Virus record (IMG/VR): IMGVR_UViG_3300035665_003403
Location: 32,001-96,000 of that record
From: a virus
DNA: 64,000 nucleotides
Direction: 5' to 3' (one strand)
A program made the position numbers and the translations under genes. Of the stretch, positions 1 through 10,339 are shown in pieces (within the stretch, counting starts at the first letter, position 1; the number at the start of each line of letters is the position of its first letter). Under the pieces are notes generated by a model. It did not search any database. It worked only from the letters and a program-made list of their open reading frames with translations, and was not told where the DNA came from.

Positions 1-352
1 TTATATTTGAAATACCTAAATTTTCATTACCAGATTCATTTAATAATGATAAATCAGTATAAGCTGTAGTTAAACTTTTAACACCATTGATATCCGTTCC
101 TTCAATGAAATTTATATCACCGATTAACCCTGAAGTTGTTTCACTTCTACCTTGTAGTGTTAAAACACTTCTATTTTTTTTTCTAGCTGTAAGTGAAACA
201 GATATTGATAAATCTTCTTGTGGGACTGAAAAATTATTGTTAGCATCTGATTTAAAATCACCATCAGGTGTTTTGTAAAATAGATTTGGGTCAATTATCC
301 TTGTATTTCCATTGACGCAACCGCAGTCACTTAATTTTGTTGTATTATTCAC
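1..352 (-). CDS. N-terminal part of a probable large baseplate/virion protein (runs off the window; absent from ORF track)
   Basis: GTG at 352 overlaps the stop of 345..665. The frame stays open to position 1: MNNTTKLSDCGCVNGNTRIIDPN...VPQEDLSISVSLTARKKNRS...INFIEG...LTTAYTD...ENLGISNI. Confidence 0.65.
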   Translation of the reverse strand, partial: MNNTTKLSDCGCVNGNTRIIDPNLFYKTPDGDFKSDANNNFSVPQEDLSISVSLTARKKNRSVLTLQGRSETTSGLIGDINFIEGTDINGVKSLTTAYTDLSLLNESGNENLGISNI

Positions 353-665
353 CGTATAAATTTTTGTATGTTGTCACAGCATCAGCGTATCTCTTTAACC
401 CACTATCGAATGGAAATGGTATTATTAATTTAGCACTGTTTGGTATATTAAACTCCAAGCCACCGAATTGTGGGTTTGCTGCTAATATTAACCAACCATG
501 ATATGGGTTATTATAATATTCATCACTTACTTTGTCAAGTCTTGTTTGTCCTTTTTTAAAAATAAATGTTTTATCACCGTTTTCATATGGTATTGGTATA
601 AAAGGAATCATGCTTACCTTATTATTTGACCTAAAATTGGTATATCTATCGTAAAATACTATCAT
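345..665 (-). CDS. Baseplate LysM-like / tail protein X (gp53-like) small protein
   Basis: TRLDKVSDEYYNNPYHGWLILAANP...LIIP is a LysM/tail-X pattern; lies downstream of the tape measure gene. Confidence 0.7.
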   Translation of the reverse strand: MIVFYDRYTNFRSNNKVSMIPFIPIPYENGDKTFIFKKGQTRLDKVSDEYYNNPYHGWLILAANPQFGGLEFNIPNSAKLIIPFPFDSGLKRYADAVTTYKNLYGE

Positions 666-667
666 TG

Positions 668-3600
668 TTATTTACTTAAGGTTATATTAGCTGATTGAAT
701 TAGTAGATTACCCTTAATTAGTTTTAATGTATAATTACCGTTTGGAAAACGAGGAAACCTAGGAATAAGTATTTTATAAGAATAATTTGTTGTAGTTACA
801 TATTCAACCATTTGTTCATTAAATAATGAACTATCAGTTAAACTAACAATTTGAAATTTACTATCTGATATTAATTTATTTATTTCATCTTGTGTTGGTA
901 CCTTTGAAAATTTTAATGTTACCACTATAGTCCAAAATCCAAAATAATACTCAATATTTGTATCAATAATTGGATTAAACCCAACAATATTAGGTTCATC
1001 AATGGCTCCAGTTACTTCAATTGAATTACTGCTATTATTTGCTGTGGCAGTTTGGTTGATGTTACTAGTAACTGGATTAATAGGATTGAATTGAGATGTT
1101 GTTGCTTCAAATGTTTCGGCCTCCAAAGTTTCACCATTTACAAACTCATATGGTTTCTCTATACTATTAGCTTTAACTATTGTGTCACTTCTTCTATCAT
1201 AAACTTGTGTGTTAGCAAAAAAATTAAATGATAAAGCATTTTGTAATTTATTTATTGGGCCTTGTAACGATGAACCACCAATAAATTTAAAAGCAATATT
1301 TACATTAGCTATCATTGGTTGAACACCAATACCCTCTGGGTTTAAATCCCAAACTAACGGTTCATATGTTATTCCTAAATTATCAATCATTATTTTTGTG
1401 TTATAAAAATCACCAATTCTTAAAATACAAACTGGCGGTCTACCAAAAGCTAAATTATTTATACTGTTATTCTTACCAATATTTGTTTGACCTTGCCTAG
1501 TACATTGTAATAAAAAATTAAGTCTAGCATTAAATCCTTCTGGTGTTGTTGAATGAAAAGCTGGATGAAAATATTTTATTTTATTTTTTATTTCACTGTA
1601 AACAATTGGGTCTTCTAATTTTAATTTCTCAAAAAAATTACTTTCGTTATAAAATCTCTTTCTAATACCACTAGATACTGTTGTTGTATTAATACCTTTA
1701 ACCAAAACATCTGGTTGAGTTGCTTCTGTTGTAAGTTCATTATCAATTTCAAACTCAACCTTAACAAATCTACCTTTCTTAGCTTTATCAGATGATACAG
1801 GTGTGTTTTCATCACCAGAATCAAGTGTTACTCCACCATTAACAGTTGTATATCTAGTACTATCAGATAGTACATTATTAATTAACCAATTATAAACCGT
1901 ATTTGTTCTATTTTGCGCTAATGTTTCATTATTAGGTGTTGCGCCACCACCTTGTGAACTAGCATAACCAGTTATCTTTATTTTACAAGTTTTACATTTA
2001 TTAGCAATATAATCCCTCATAGCCGATAATAAACTACTATCATTCATTCCAGAATATATTGTTGAACTACCTGGTAATTGATATTGTTGTTTATTTAATC
2101 CAAAATTTGTATTATCTGGCCATGAATTACCAAACTCACCAGCAATCTGAGAATCTATTGGTGAACTTAAACCACAGCCCTCACCTGTTAATACAACCTC
2201 ACTACCATCACACATACCATCCTCATAAAATCCACTTCCACTTTTCTTTTTAGTAAAAATCTCATTTGATATGTCATTTGGAAAATAAATCTTGAAAGGT
2301 TTTGGTGGTTCTTCATTGTTGGTTACTTTTTGTTGAATTTGTGTTGTTTCTCTACTGTTAACAATGCTTTTTTCATTTGTTGTTAATTTATTAGCTAACG
2401 TTGGGTCTAATGGTAAACAACCAGCAAAAAATGAAGCCATTTCGTCATTTGAATAATCGGACAAAGCATTAACATAAGATGGGTGGTCAATTATTATCTT
2501 AAAAGCCAAATTACCCATTCTTTCAGTATTATTATAAGTGTAAACTGGTTCACCTCTACCTATAAATGGTGTGGTTTCTAAGTTTACATTACTATTCTCT
2601 GAAAATTCAATATTATAGGGTGGAAACCACATAATTTTACCAAATACACCAGTTAATAAATCACCTGGACCAGTTTCTTCTGGGGTCATGTCTTTACTTC
2701 CAGCCCATGCTAGATTTTCAATAGATAACATATAATTCTTTGCTATATCATTTCTTAATCCATTTTTATTACTAGCTTCATCTGATAAATTTTCAAAATC
2801 TGACTTATAAGGGCTAACCTTAACAAAACCATTATCATCTAATACTGAATTTTGCATATTATACCTAAAATTATTACCCATTCCATCCAAACCTCTATGA
2901 CGAATTAATTTATTAACCGTATCATATTTATCCAATGAAGTCCATGACCTACAATATGTTTCATCAGCTGATAACCCATTTGATTGTTGAAGGGCTTTAG
3001 ATGTTAATACACCACTACCCTTAGATATACCTTCACCAGATGGTGTTGTTAACTGTGATTTTATTACGGGATATTTATCACCTTTAGATGATACAATGGT
3101 TTTCATACCAATATCCTTAAATAATTTTTGAGTCTTACCTAAAAGACTATATTTGTCTTTAATTGATGCCTCAATAATACCAGGAACTGAATTTGTTAAA
3201 CCACCTTCATTTGCTCCCCATGTGAATTTAGATGGGTATGTTGATGCATCATATGTTACATCTGGTAAATCATCAAACCCATATTGTTTAATCATTTCCT
3301 CTCTATTCCAACTTAATTCTGGTATAATACTATTAGAGTTATAAGCTAACACATTTATTAATCCATTTGCATCACCAAAAGCATATGTAATTGGTGTAAA
3401 TGTTTGATTACCTCTGTTATCTGTGTAACCTGGAACATAGCCACTTCTAAATGGACTTAAATCTGGGTCATCAAACGATGTTGTACCGTTCAAATTAGCT
3501 TTCATATTGGTTAATAAGGCTAAAACCTGACCTTTACCAGTGTTTTTAATCATATTATTGGCTCTATCAATATTACCAATATTACCATTTTCACTAGCAA

Positions 3601-4609
3601 ATATAGACCCACTATCGTCTAATTTTGAATAGGGTAGTGTAAACCCTAATAATCTTTCAGTATAATCACCAACTCTTGATGATGGGTCACTACTTACAGT
3701 TATATTATAATTTGGTCTAAAACCTTCTAAGGTTCCATTACCTATTAAACTTAGTAAATTATCTGTTATATTCAAACTACCCAATGCAGTTTGTTGTACA
3801 TTAAAAGCTGCATTATTGGCTAAAGATAATGCTAATTGTTGTGCCCCAATCAAACCTAACTTAGTGTCATTAACAGCAGCACCAGAACCCAATACTCTAC
3901 CAGCTAGTGATGCTCTAAAATCAAAATTACTAACTAAACCAGCACTAGATAAACCCAAACCAGTACCATTTAATATACTACCAATTATGTTTGCAGCATT
4001 GATAGCCGATGAATCACCTCTATTTAAACCACCATATATATCTAAATATGAACCTAACTGTTGTTCAATATCACTTGGTATTAATGTAATTAAATCACCA
4101 GCATCAAACTCTTCTTGTTCTGAATTATATAAATTTTTAATTAATAAATCTTTCCTGAAATTACCATCCTTGGTTTTACCCATTAAACCATATTTTGAAA
4201 TATCAGTTGTTGAATTAAATGGGTAAGGTTCACCTACAGGTTGAGTTGAATCAGGAAATATGGGTACTTGAGGTACATTGGTTATTATTGTTAAATCAGT
4301 TGCATTTGAATCAGTATTTCTAAATTGATTTAATGCAGTTAAATTATTATAATTGATAATACCATCTACTTCTATTGGTGTATGTGAAACAATACTACCA
4401 TTACCAACCATTGTATCTAATACGGGTTCACCAATTCTTGGTTCACCATTAACTGAACTAATTAATGCAGTTAAACCATTGTTTATAATTGAAGGTGAAA
4501 TTATATTCTTAGTTAAGAGATAATCCCTGATACCATACGTTGTTGCAACACTAGTAATTGTATTTTTAGTGTTTGGTGTTGGTGAAGCAGTATTATAAAA
4601 AATTGGCAT
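668..4609 (-). CDS. Large baseplate / tube-initiator-like virion protein with embedded OmpA-like domain
   Basis: 1313 aa. Tube-initiator-like segments (FPPYNIEFSE...FIGRGEPVYTYNNTER; PPVCILRIGDFYNTKI...PMIANVNIAFKFIGG) flank an OmpA-C-like segment (IYFPND...ITGYASSQ...NETLAQNR...RFVKVEF). Confidence 0.6.
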   Translation of the reverse strand: MPIFYNTASPTPNTKNTITSVATTYGIRDYLLTKNIISPSIINNGLTALISSVNGEPRIGEPVLDTMVGNGSIVSHTPIEVDGIINYNNLTALNQFRNTDSNATDLTIITNVPQVPIFPDSTQPVGEPYPFNSTTDISKYGLMGKTKDGNFRKDLLIKNLYNSEQEEFDAGDLITLIPSDIEQQLGSYLDIYGGLNRGDSSAINAANIIGSILNGTGLGLSSAGLVSNFDFRASLAGRVLGSGAAVNDTKLGLIGAQQLALSLANNAAFNVQQTALGSLNITDNLLSLIGNGTLEGFRPNYNITVSSDPSSRVGDYTERLLGFTLPYSKLDDSGSIFASENGNIGNIDRANNMIKNTGKGQVLALLTNMKANLNGTTSFDDPDLSPFRSGYVPGYTDNRGNQTFTPITYAFGDANGLINVLAYNSNSIIPELSWNREEMIKQYGFDDLPDVTYDASTYPSKFTWGANEGGLTNSVPGIIEASIKDKYSLLGKTQKLFKDIGMKTIVSSKGDKYPVIKSQLTTPSGEGISKGSGVLTSKALQQSNGLSADETYCRSWTSLDKYDTVNKLIRHRGLDGMGNNFRYNMQNSVLDDNGFVKVSPYKSDFENLSDEASNKNGLRNDIAKNYMLSIENLAWAGSKDMTPEETGPGDLLTGVFGKIMWFPPYNIEFSENSNVNLETTPFIGRGEPVYTYNNTERMGNLAFKIIIDHPSYVNALSDYSNDEMASFFAGCLPLDPTLANKLTTNEKSIVNSRETTQIQQKVTNNEEPPKPFKIYFPNDISNEIFTKKKSGSGFYEDGMCDGSEVVLTGEGCGLSSPIDSQIAGEFGNSWPDNTNFGLNKQQYQLPGSSTIYSGMNDSSLLSAMRDYIANKCKTCKIKITGYASSQGGGATPNNETLAQNRTNTVYNWLINNVLSDSTRYTTVNGGVTLDSGDENTPVSSDKAKKGRFVKVEFEIDNELTTEATQPDVLVKGINTTTVSSGIRKRFYNESNFFEKLKLEDPIVYSEIKNKIKYFHPAFHSTTPEGFNARLNFLLQCTRQGQTNIGKNNSINNLAFGRPPVCILRIGDFYNTKIMIDNLGITYEPLVWDLNPEGIGVQPMIANVNIAFKFIGGSSLQGPINKLQNALSFNFFANTQVYDRRSDTIVKANSIEKPYEFVNGETLEAETFEATTSQFNPINPVTSNINQTATANNSSNSIEVTGAIDEPNIVGFNPIIDTNIEYYFGFWTIVVTLKFSKVPTQDEINKLISDSKFQIVSLTDSSLFNEQMVEYVTTTNYSYKILIPRFPRFPNGNYTLKLIKGNLLIQSANITLSK

Positions 4610-4711
4610 AATCCTTATTGTTTATTTATAAATACAATATGTTTTGAAATGTAAGGATTAAAATTGAAATTAAGTTGCTTGTTCACAATTGAACACAACT
4701 CCCCCTAATTA

Positions 4712-4731
4712 TATAGTATAATTATACTATA
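4712..4731. repeat. Perfect 20-bp palindrome TATAGTATAATTATACTATA
   Basis: Read directly; its half-site matches the tandem repeat unit at 4855-4920. Confidence 0.85.
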
Positions 4732-4854
4732 ATTAAAATGTTTAATAAAAAATGAATTAATAATGAAAAAATTAGTAAATTTATAAATCATTTTTAATTC
4801 ATGTTAAATTAAAAATGAAATTAAAAACATATTTAATAAAAATATTTAATTAAA

Positions 4855-4920
4855 AGTATAATATATAGTATAATATATAGTATAATATATAGTATAATAT
4901 ATAGTATAATATATAGTATA
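4855..4920. repeat. Tandem repeat, 5.5 x AGTATAATATAT
   Basis: Read directly, within a ~400-bp extremely AT-rich intergenic region. Confidence 0.95.
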
Positions 4921-5018
4921 GAAATACAATTGTAATTTTTTTTTCTGAATAAGTCAATAGCTAGAAACGTTAAATATTTGTTAATATTTTTAACTAATTG
5001 ATTATCAATATGAATATT

Positions 5019-7469
5019 TTAATATGGATTAGGTGATAATTTACCTAAATTTAAATTTTTGCTTACTTGTTGTGAAATTAACCTTGTCATTTCTGAAATG
5101 AAATTTTGGTCTTTTGTTAAATCTAAATTATTTATTCTACCGTTAGGTGTATTTAAATTGATAGTACCAGCAAATTCAATTTTGATTGGTTCAATAGTGT
5201 ATTTAACATTATTTTTATTCTTTCCTTTCAATGATTTATCAATAAAACCACTATTTTTCATAGCTAATAAATCATCTTTGTTATCAATAGGATTTATCCT
5301 ACCATCTTGTATAATTGCTCTACCTTTACTAAAATTATTACTCAATGGTGATTTGATAACACCATCATGCATTGGGGTACCCATATAATCACCAATCATC
5401 TTACCCCCAGCTGAACCCAATCCACTTCCAACCATAGCACCCATTGGTCCACCAACCAATGCACCAATAACCCCACCAGCAATTGTACCGATAAGCGAAC
5501 CCATATCTCCACTTGAATTATTTGTGGTATTTACACCAATACTTTTCATAGCTTCAGTACCTAAATTACCAAGACCAAACCCAACCGCACCACCAATTGC
5601 AGTAGCACCAATACCTTTTAATAACATTTTACCAATACCAGCAAGTCCAGTACTCATCATACCTTGAAAGGTTTTTAAAAATGAACCACCAGCAGCACCA
5701 GCATTGAATCCCTTGGCTAAGATGAAACCATTCATCAACCATTGTGCTTTATCAAACAAGAATTCACCAGCTTTCAATAATCCGTACATAATTCCAGTTT
5801 TTATTGGATTATCAAGTATGAAACCACCTACAGTTGTAACTACTTTTCCAACTAAACTAGCAAATTCACCTATTTTATCAATCCATTTTTCATTTCTAAT
5901 TCTTTCTACTAAATCTTTAACTTTAGGCATCAAGTCTCTATTTAACCCTTCAATCAAAGGTAACATTGCCGTCTTAAATAGCGTTATAGTGTTGTTTAAG
6001 GCATCATCGAAGGTTTGGTTAGACTTTGCCATCTCTTCTAAGTTTGCTTTCTCTTCAGCTAATATTTTTAATTGAGCTATATCTTGGTTAGATAGTTCAG
6101 ATACCAATTTCTTGATTACTTTTCCATCTTTCATTGAAAATGCTATTTCAGCTTTTCCATTTTTACCAATAGTTGCTGTATTTTCAATAAATTCTTTTAC
6201 ATCATCCTTTACAGATAGTTTTATTTGTGAATCAATGTTAGCGAACTTAGCCGCATTCTTAGCTGATTTAACCAAATCCTCAAATGCAACACCAGTTTGT
6301 TCAGCAACATTCCTTAATATCTGCATATTCAATGAACTAATATCAAACTCACCAGTTTCCTTATTCAACTTAGCAGTACCCTTAGTAGCATTAACAACAC
6401 TCTTCAATAAACCATCCATATCATTCCTTGCCATATACATCAATTTGAATGGGTCACCCAATTTAGACCATTCCCCACCCAATACCTGTAATTGAGCCGA
6501 CATATCAATAGCACCTTCAATATTGAATAATTTATCAGCCATACCACTAACAGTATCCATTTGAATACCCATCTTGGTTACAGTTGAAGCCATCTCAGCT
6601 AAACCCTTGGTTCCATTCTTGAAGTTATACTTGTTAATAAGCTTAAACCCTGATTGTATGTTTTTGACCGTTTTTGATGCGTTTAAGCCTAGTTTGTGTG
6701 TTTTATCTAACGATTCCTCAACGAAGTCCCTAACACGCTCTGTAGCGAAGCCTATTGTCTCCATTTCAGAAGCCATCTCAGCAGCACCTTCAGCACCCAA
6801 GATAGTCCCTTTGGCTAATTGAGCCATTGCTTTATGAGATTGTTCAGTAAAAACAACGTTTCTACCCAAAGAATCCGAATAAGAAGCTTGCATCTTAGCC
6901 AAATCCTCAACCCCAACACCATAATCTAATGTAGAATATTCAGCAGCTTTTATAATAGCATCTCTAAACCCATTTGTTTGTCTAACCAACACACCCATTT
7001 CAAGGGCTGCGTTTTTCATAGATTTATCCATTTCGAATAAACCACTAGATTTTATTTGACCATAACTACTTTTGATTAACCCAGGCAAAGCAGCAAATCC
7101 TTTTACCAAGTTGACACCCAACTGAGCTATAACAATCCTACCCTTGTTTACAGACTTAACAGCATCACCAATCAAATCACGTTGAAGTTCTAATTGTTTT
7201 GTTTGTTTTTTTAACTCATTTAGTTTTGCGTTTTCATTATCAATATCATCTTGAGTTATATTATTTTGACCAACTATCATGGCTGATATGTCAGCCACCA
7301 TTTTCTTTTCAATTTCGGTCAAACGATTTATTTCCTCGTTTGTTTTTTTTAAATCTTTGATAGCATCAACGTAAGACTTAGCACTAGAACCAATCTGTGC
7401 TTGTAACTCTGCCATTTTTTTTAATTCTCTGACAGCTTCTTTTATTTCTTTTGGTGTTAATGCAGCCAT
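5019..7469 (-). CDS. Tail tape measure protein
   Basis: 816 aa, helical and Ala/Lys/Met-rich, with Gly-rich hydrophobic C-terminal segments (GGVIGALVGGPMGAMVG); sits between chaperones and baseplate genes. Confidence 0.8.
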   Translation of the reverse strand: MAALTPKEIKEAVRELKKMAELQAQIGSSAKSYVDAIKDLKKTNEEINRLTEIEKKMVADISAMIVGQNNITQDDIDNENAKLNELKKQTKQLELQRDLIGDAVKSVNKGRIVIAQLGVNLVKGFAALPGLIKSSYGQIKSSGLFEMDKSMKNAALEMGVLVRQTNGFRDAIIKAAEYSTLDYGVGVEDLAKMQASYSDSLGRNVVFTEQSHKAMAQLAKGTILGAEGAAEMASEMETIGFATERVRDFVEESLDKTHKLGLNASKTVKNIQSGFKLINKYNFKNGTKGLAEMASTVTKMGIQMDTVSGMADKLFNIEGAIDMSAQLQVLGGEWSKLGDPFKLMYMARNDMDGLLKSVVNATKGTAKLNKETGEFDISSLNMQILRNVAEQTGVAFEDLVKSAKNAAKFANIDSQIKLSVKDDVKEFIENTATIGKNGKAEIAFSMKDGKVIKKLVSELSNQDIAQLKILAEEKANLEEMAKSNQTFDDALNNTITLFKTAMLPLIEGLNRDLMPKVKDLVERIRNEKWIDKIGEFASLVGKVVTTVGGFILDNPIKTGIMYGLLKAGEFLFDKAQWLMNGFILAKGFNAGAAGGSFLKTFQGMMSTGLAGIGKMLLKGIGATAIGGAVGFGLGNLGTEAMKSIGVNTTNNSSGDMGSLIGTIAGGVIGALVGGPMGAMVGSGLGSAGGKMIGDYMGTPMHDGVIKSPLSNNFSKGRAIIQDGRINPIDNKDDLLAMKNSGFIDKSLKGKNKNNVKYTIEPIKIEFAGTINLNTPNGRINNLDLTKDQNFISEMTRLISQQVSKNLNLGKLSPNPY

Positions 7470-8890
7470 TACTTGTTAATTTCTTTTTTATTGTACTCAT
7501 ACCCCTCAGAATCAGGTAGCATTTCAATAACGATTTCAATTACCTCATCTGAATTAAGTATTACATATTCACCAGTTTTATTGTTTCTATAAAACAATTC
7601 TAATATACATTCAAATTTATTATTTTCCAATTCTTTAACTATATAAAATATAAACCCAGATTCTCTATTAACTAATTCAATTTCTTCAATACCATATTTA
7701 ACTACAGCAGTATATGTTGAATCTTTATAGAAATCTCTATTTATATCTTTATTATTTATTGAATATTCTTTAGTTATTGGTTCTAATACTTTAAATTTAA
7801 CACTCCTACCTTTTTTAAATTTATTTGCTGATTCACCAATTTTATCCTCATATTTACCCAAAGAATATTTATCAATTAATTTTAATGTAGCAACAACACC
7901 TTTACTTTCAAAATCCTTATTCTTTAATCCATTGATGAACATATTAAATAAAGTAGGTGATTTATAAAAAGCAGACTTTAAATTTTCATCATTAATTATT
8001 TTATATAAGATGTCTTTTGACTCACTACTTTGCTCATCATCAATAATTTTATTATCAAATTTATCTTCTCTGGTACAATTATCTTTAATTTCAATACTAT
8101 CAATAGATATAAACTCATTTTGTTCATCTTCACCAACTAGTTTAATTAATTTTAAATATGGTACATTACCACCTTTTAACATAAAATTATCATAATCAAC
8201 ATCAGTAAATATGTCTTTTTCTAATTCAATTTTAATTTGATGTTTTCGTAAATTAGATAATTCATTATTATCATCCTCAATCATGTATAATGAAAAATTA
8301 TTACCATTTCTAGAATCAACACAAAAAATAACTTTTGATTGATTATAAAGTGTTATAACTAGACTATTACCCTCATTTGCACTTAATATTTCATTTCTAA
8401 ATTCATTTAAAGAAGCATAATCATTATCATCTAATTGATAAGTTGGTTCTAATTCTGTCGCTTCTGGGTCATTAGGTGTTGAATCATCAAATTCCAAAGA
8501 ATCAATAATTTTATTATTCCTTATAATATCTAATGACTTTAAATCAGTTAACGGTTTAAATTCCCAAGTTTTAGGGTTTTTAATATCAATACCATCTTTG
8601 CGTTTAGTTTTATGCGCCCTTTTAAATGTTAGCTTTTTATTAGATAAACTATCTAAACTAAGTAAATAATAATAATTAATATGCTCAGAACCTGGATTTT
8701 TATTTTCTAAAAATAGATGGTCACCATCTTTTTGTATAACCTTAAATATCAAACCGTCAGTATTCTTAAATGAAATTCTAATGATATCACCTACTTTAAT
8801 AACAGAATCAATCAAAGTATCATAAGTACTTTCTAACAGTATCTTTTCAACCCTCTTTAATTGTTCATTTGTGATAATTAATCGTTTCAT
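7469..8890 (-). CDS. Hypothetical protein with MKRLIITNEQ leader, probably virion-associated
   Basis: 473-aa ORF; ATATTTATA motif just upstream. Confidence 0.6.
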   Translation of the reverse strand: MKRLIITNEQLKRVEKILLESTYDTLIDSVIKVGDIIRISFKNTDGLIFKVIQKDGDHLFLENKNPGSEHINYYYLLSLDSLSNKKLTFKRAHKTKRKDGIDIKNPKTWEFKPLTDLKSLDIIRNNKIIDSLEFDDSTPNDPEATELEPTYQLDDNDYASLNEFRNEILSANEGNSLVITLYNQSKVIFCVDSRNGNNFSLYMIEDDNNELSNLRKHQIKIELEKDIFTDVDYDNFMLKGGNVPYLKLIKLVGEDEQNEFISIDSIEIKDNCTREDKFDNKIIDDEQSSESKDILYKIINDENLKSAFYKSPTLFNMFINGLKNKDFESKGVVATLKLIDKYSLGKYEDKIGESANKFKKGRSVKFKVLEPITKEYSINNKDINRDFYKDSTYTAVVKYGIEEIELVNRESGFIFYIVKELENNKFECILELFYRNNKTGEYVILNSDEVIEIVIEMLPDSEGYEYNKKEINK

Positions 8891-8901
8891 CCTTATAAAT
8901 A

Positions 8902-9171
8902 TTAAACTAATGGAACATTACCACTATTAATCATATTTTTTAATGCATCACCACTAACTTTTCTAGTTCTACTACCATTTTTAGTTTGTGATTGTCTTGC
9001 TTCTTCCATTTGTTCTTCACGTCTATGCTTATCTCTAATAAGCATATTTAATCTAAACCTTCTTTCATTAACTGGCATTTCCAATATATCATTCCTACTC
9101 AAATTATTTAATAATTGATTACAAATATGCATTTCTTCAATTAAAGTTTCCTTATAATCTGATGTTAGGCC
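8902..9171 (-). CDS. Tail assembly chaperone, second (frameshift) ORF
   Basis: The track ORF 8902..9132 is open upstream to the U7 run at 9172-9178 (FFGLTSDYKETLIEEMHIC...ILEMPVNERRF). Confidence 0.65.
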   Translation of the reverse strand, partial: GLTSDYKETLIEEMHICNQLLNNLSRNDILEMPVNERRFRLNMLIRDKHRREEQMEEARQSQTKNGSRTRKVSGDALKNMINSGNVPLV

Positions 9172-10237
9172 AAAAAAAGTTGATGTTAAGTGGAAGAAAG
9201 GTTTTTAAGGAACCACCTCCAGGGGTTCCAACAGTAACTTCCAAATCAATGTTTGGTTCATTAGCTTCCAAATACTTTATAAAATCACTAGAATCCTTTA
9301 ATAACATATTTGACACATATTCAATTATCGATATAGAATCACGTCTTCCATTAACCTCAACAATAATTCTACTTAATTCATATAGTTTCCTTTTGTTAAT
9401 TGGTACTCCATTCTTTTCATCTTCCTCAAGCATCTTTTCTATATCTTCAATATCCCCAACAGTCAAAAACCTATGTTTTATAACATCTTTTCTAACACTC
9501 GTAACATACTTAATCAAGCCATTTTCATCAACCTCTAATTTCAATTCCTTAAGCTTTAATGTACTCAAATCAATCTCAGATTCAAATGGTTCATTATTTT
9601 CATCAATAAGCGTTACTGGGTACTTTTCACCATAAGCAGTTGCTCTTAACCAAATCATAATAGTGTTTCTATCCCCAACAATCAAATCCCTATAATTTAA
9701 ATTTTGTTCCAATAATTTCCTCTCAATTAATATCTCAAGGAACTGACCACTACCCAATAAGTTGGGTGATGTTAATATAACCTCATCCATTGTTGTCATA
9801 AATGAGACTTTAAGGTTTGATTTAACGTTATGATATAACTTACCTAATGACGGAATAGGGATAACATCATAAGCTGAACTCCAATCCCTTTCTTTTAAAT
9901 TATTCAACATTTCATTATTGATTACCATATCTTCCATCGGTTTTTTAAGTTCAACTTCTTTTATAATCTTAGGATTAGATGCAACTGGGTTAGATAGAAG
10001 TTCATTTGATTTACCCTCTCTCTTAGCTTTGATTCTTTCATCAAATAATTTAGCTTTTTCTTCCATTTCTCTCATCTGCTCTTCAGTCCTCTTTCTCATT
10101 TCCTCAATTCCTTTATCCATACCAGTTGCCTTGGCTGAATCTGTATAGATTTCATTAATGACTTGTTTTTTGGCTTCTTCAAATTTTTCTGTTTGGGATT
10201 TATCACCCTCATTCTTTGGGAACACTTCTGGTTTCAT
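9152..10237 (-). CDS. Tail assembly chaperone / T4 gp26-like baseplate hub assembly protein
   Basis: IPIPSLGKLY...MTTMDEVILTSPNL...LIVGDRNTIMIWLRATAYG..Y, ending FFWP. ATG at 10237 preferred over the track's TTG at 10255. Confidence 0.7.
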   Translation of the reverse strand: MKPEVFPKNEGDKSQTEKFEEAKKQVINEIYTDSAKATGMDKGIEEMRKRTEEQMREMEEKAKLFDERIKAKREGKSNELLSNPVASNPKIIKEVELKKPMEDMVINNEMLNNLKERDWSSAYDVIPIPSLGKLYHNVKSNLKVSFMTTMDEVILTSPNLLGSGQFLEILIERKLLEQNLNYRDLIVGDRNTIMIWLRATAYGEKYPVTLIDENNEPFESEIDLSTLKLKELKLEVDENGLIKYVTSVRKDVIKHRFLTVGDIEDIEKMLEEDEKNGVPINKRKLYELSRIIVEVNGRRDSISIIEYVSNMLLKDSSDFIKYLEANEPNIDLEVTVGTPGGGSLKTFLPLNINFFWPNIRL

Positions 10238-10286
10238 AATAACTTTGTTTAACAATAAATATATCCCAATTTTTTTCTATGTAAAT

Positions 10287-10318
10287 AAAAAACCCCCTTG
10301 CATTGCTACAAGAGGGTT
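10287..10318 (-). terminator. Intrinsic terminator
   Basis: Minus strand AACCCTCTTG-loop-CAAGGGGGTT followed by a U-run. Confidence 0.75.
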
Positions 10319-10339
10319 AATTTATTTACTTTTAATTTT

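Noticed and set aside
4855-4920. CRISPR array
   Set aside because: Contiguous 12-bp units with no spacers and no cas genes.
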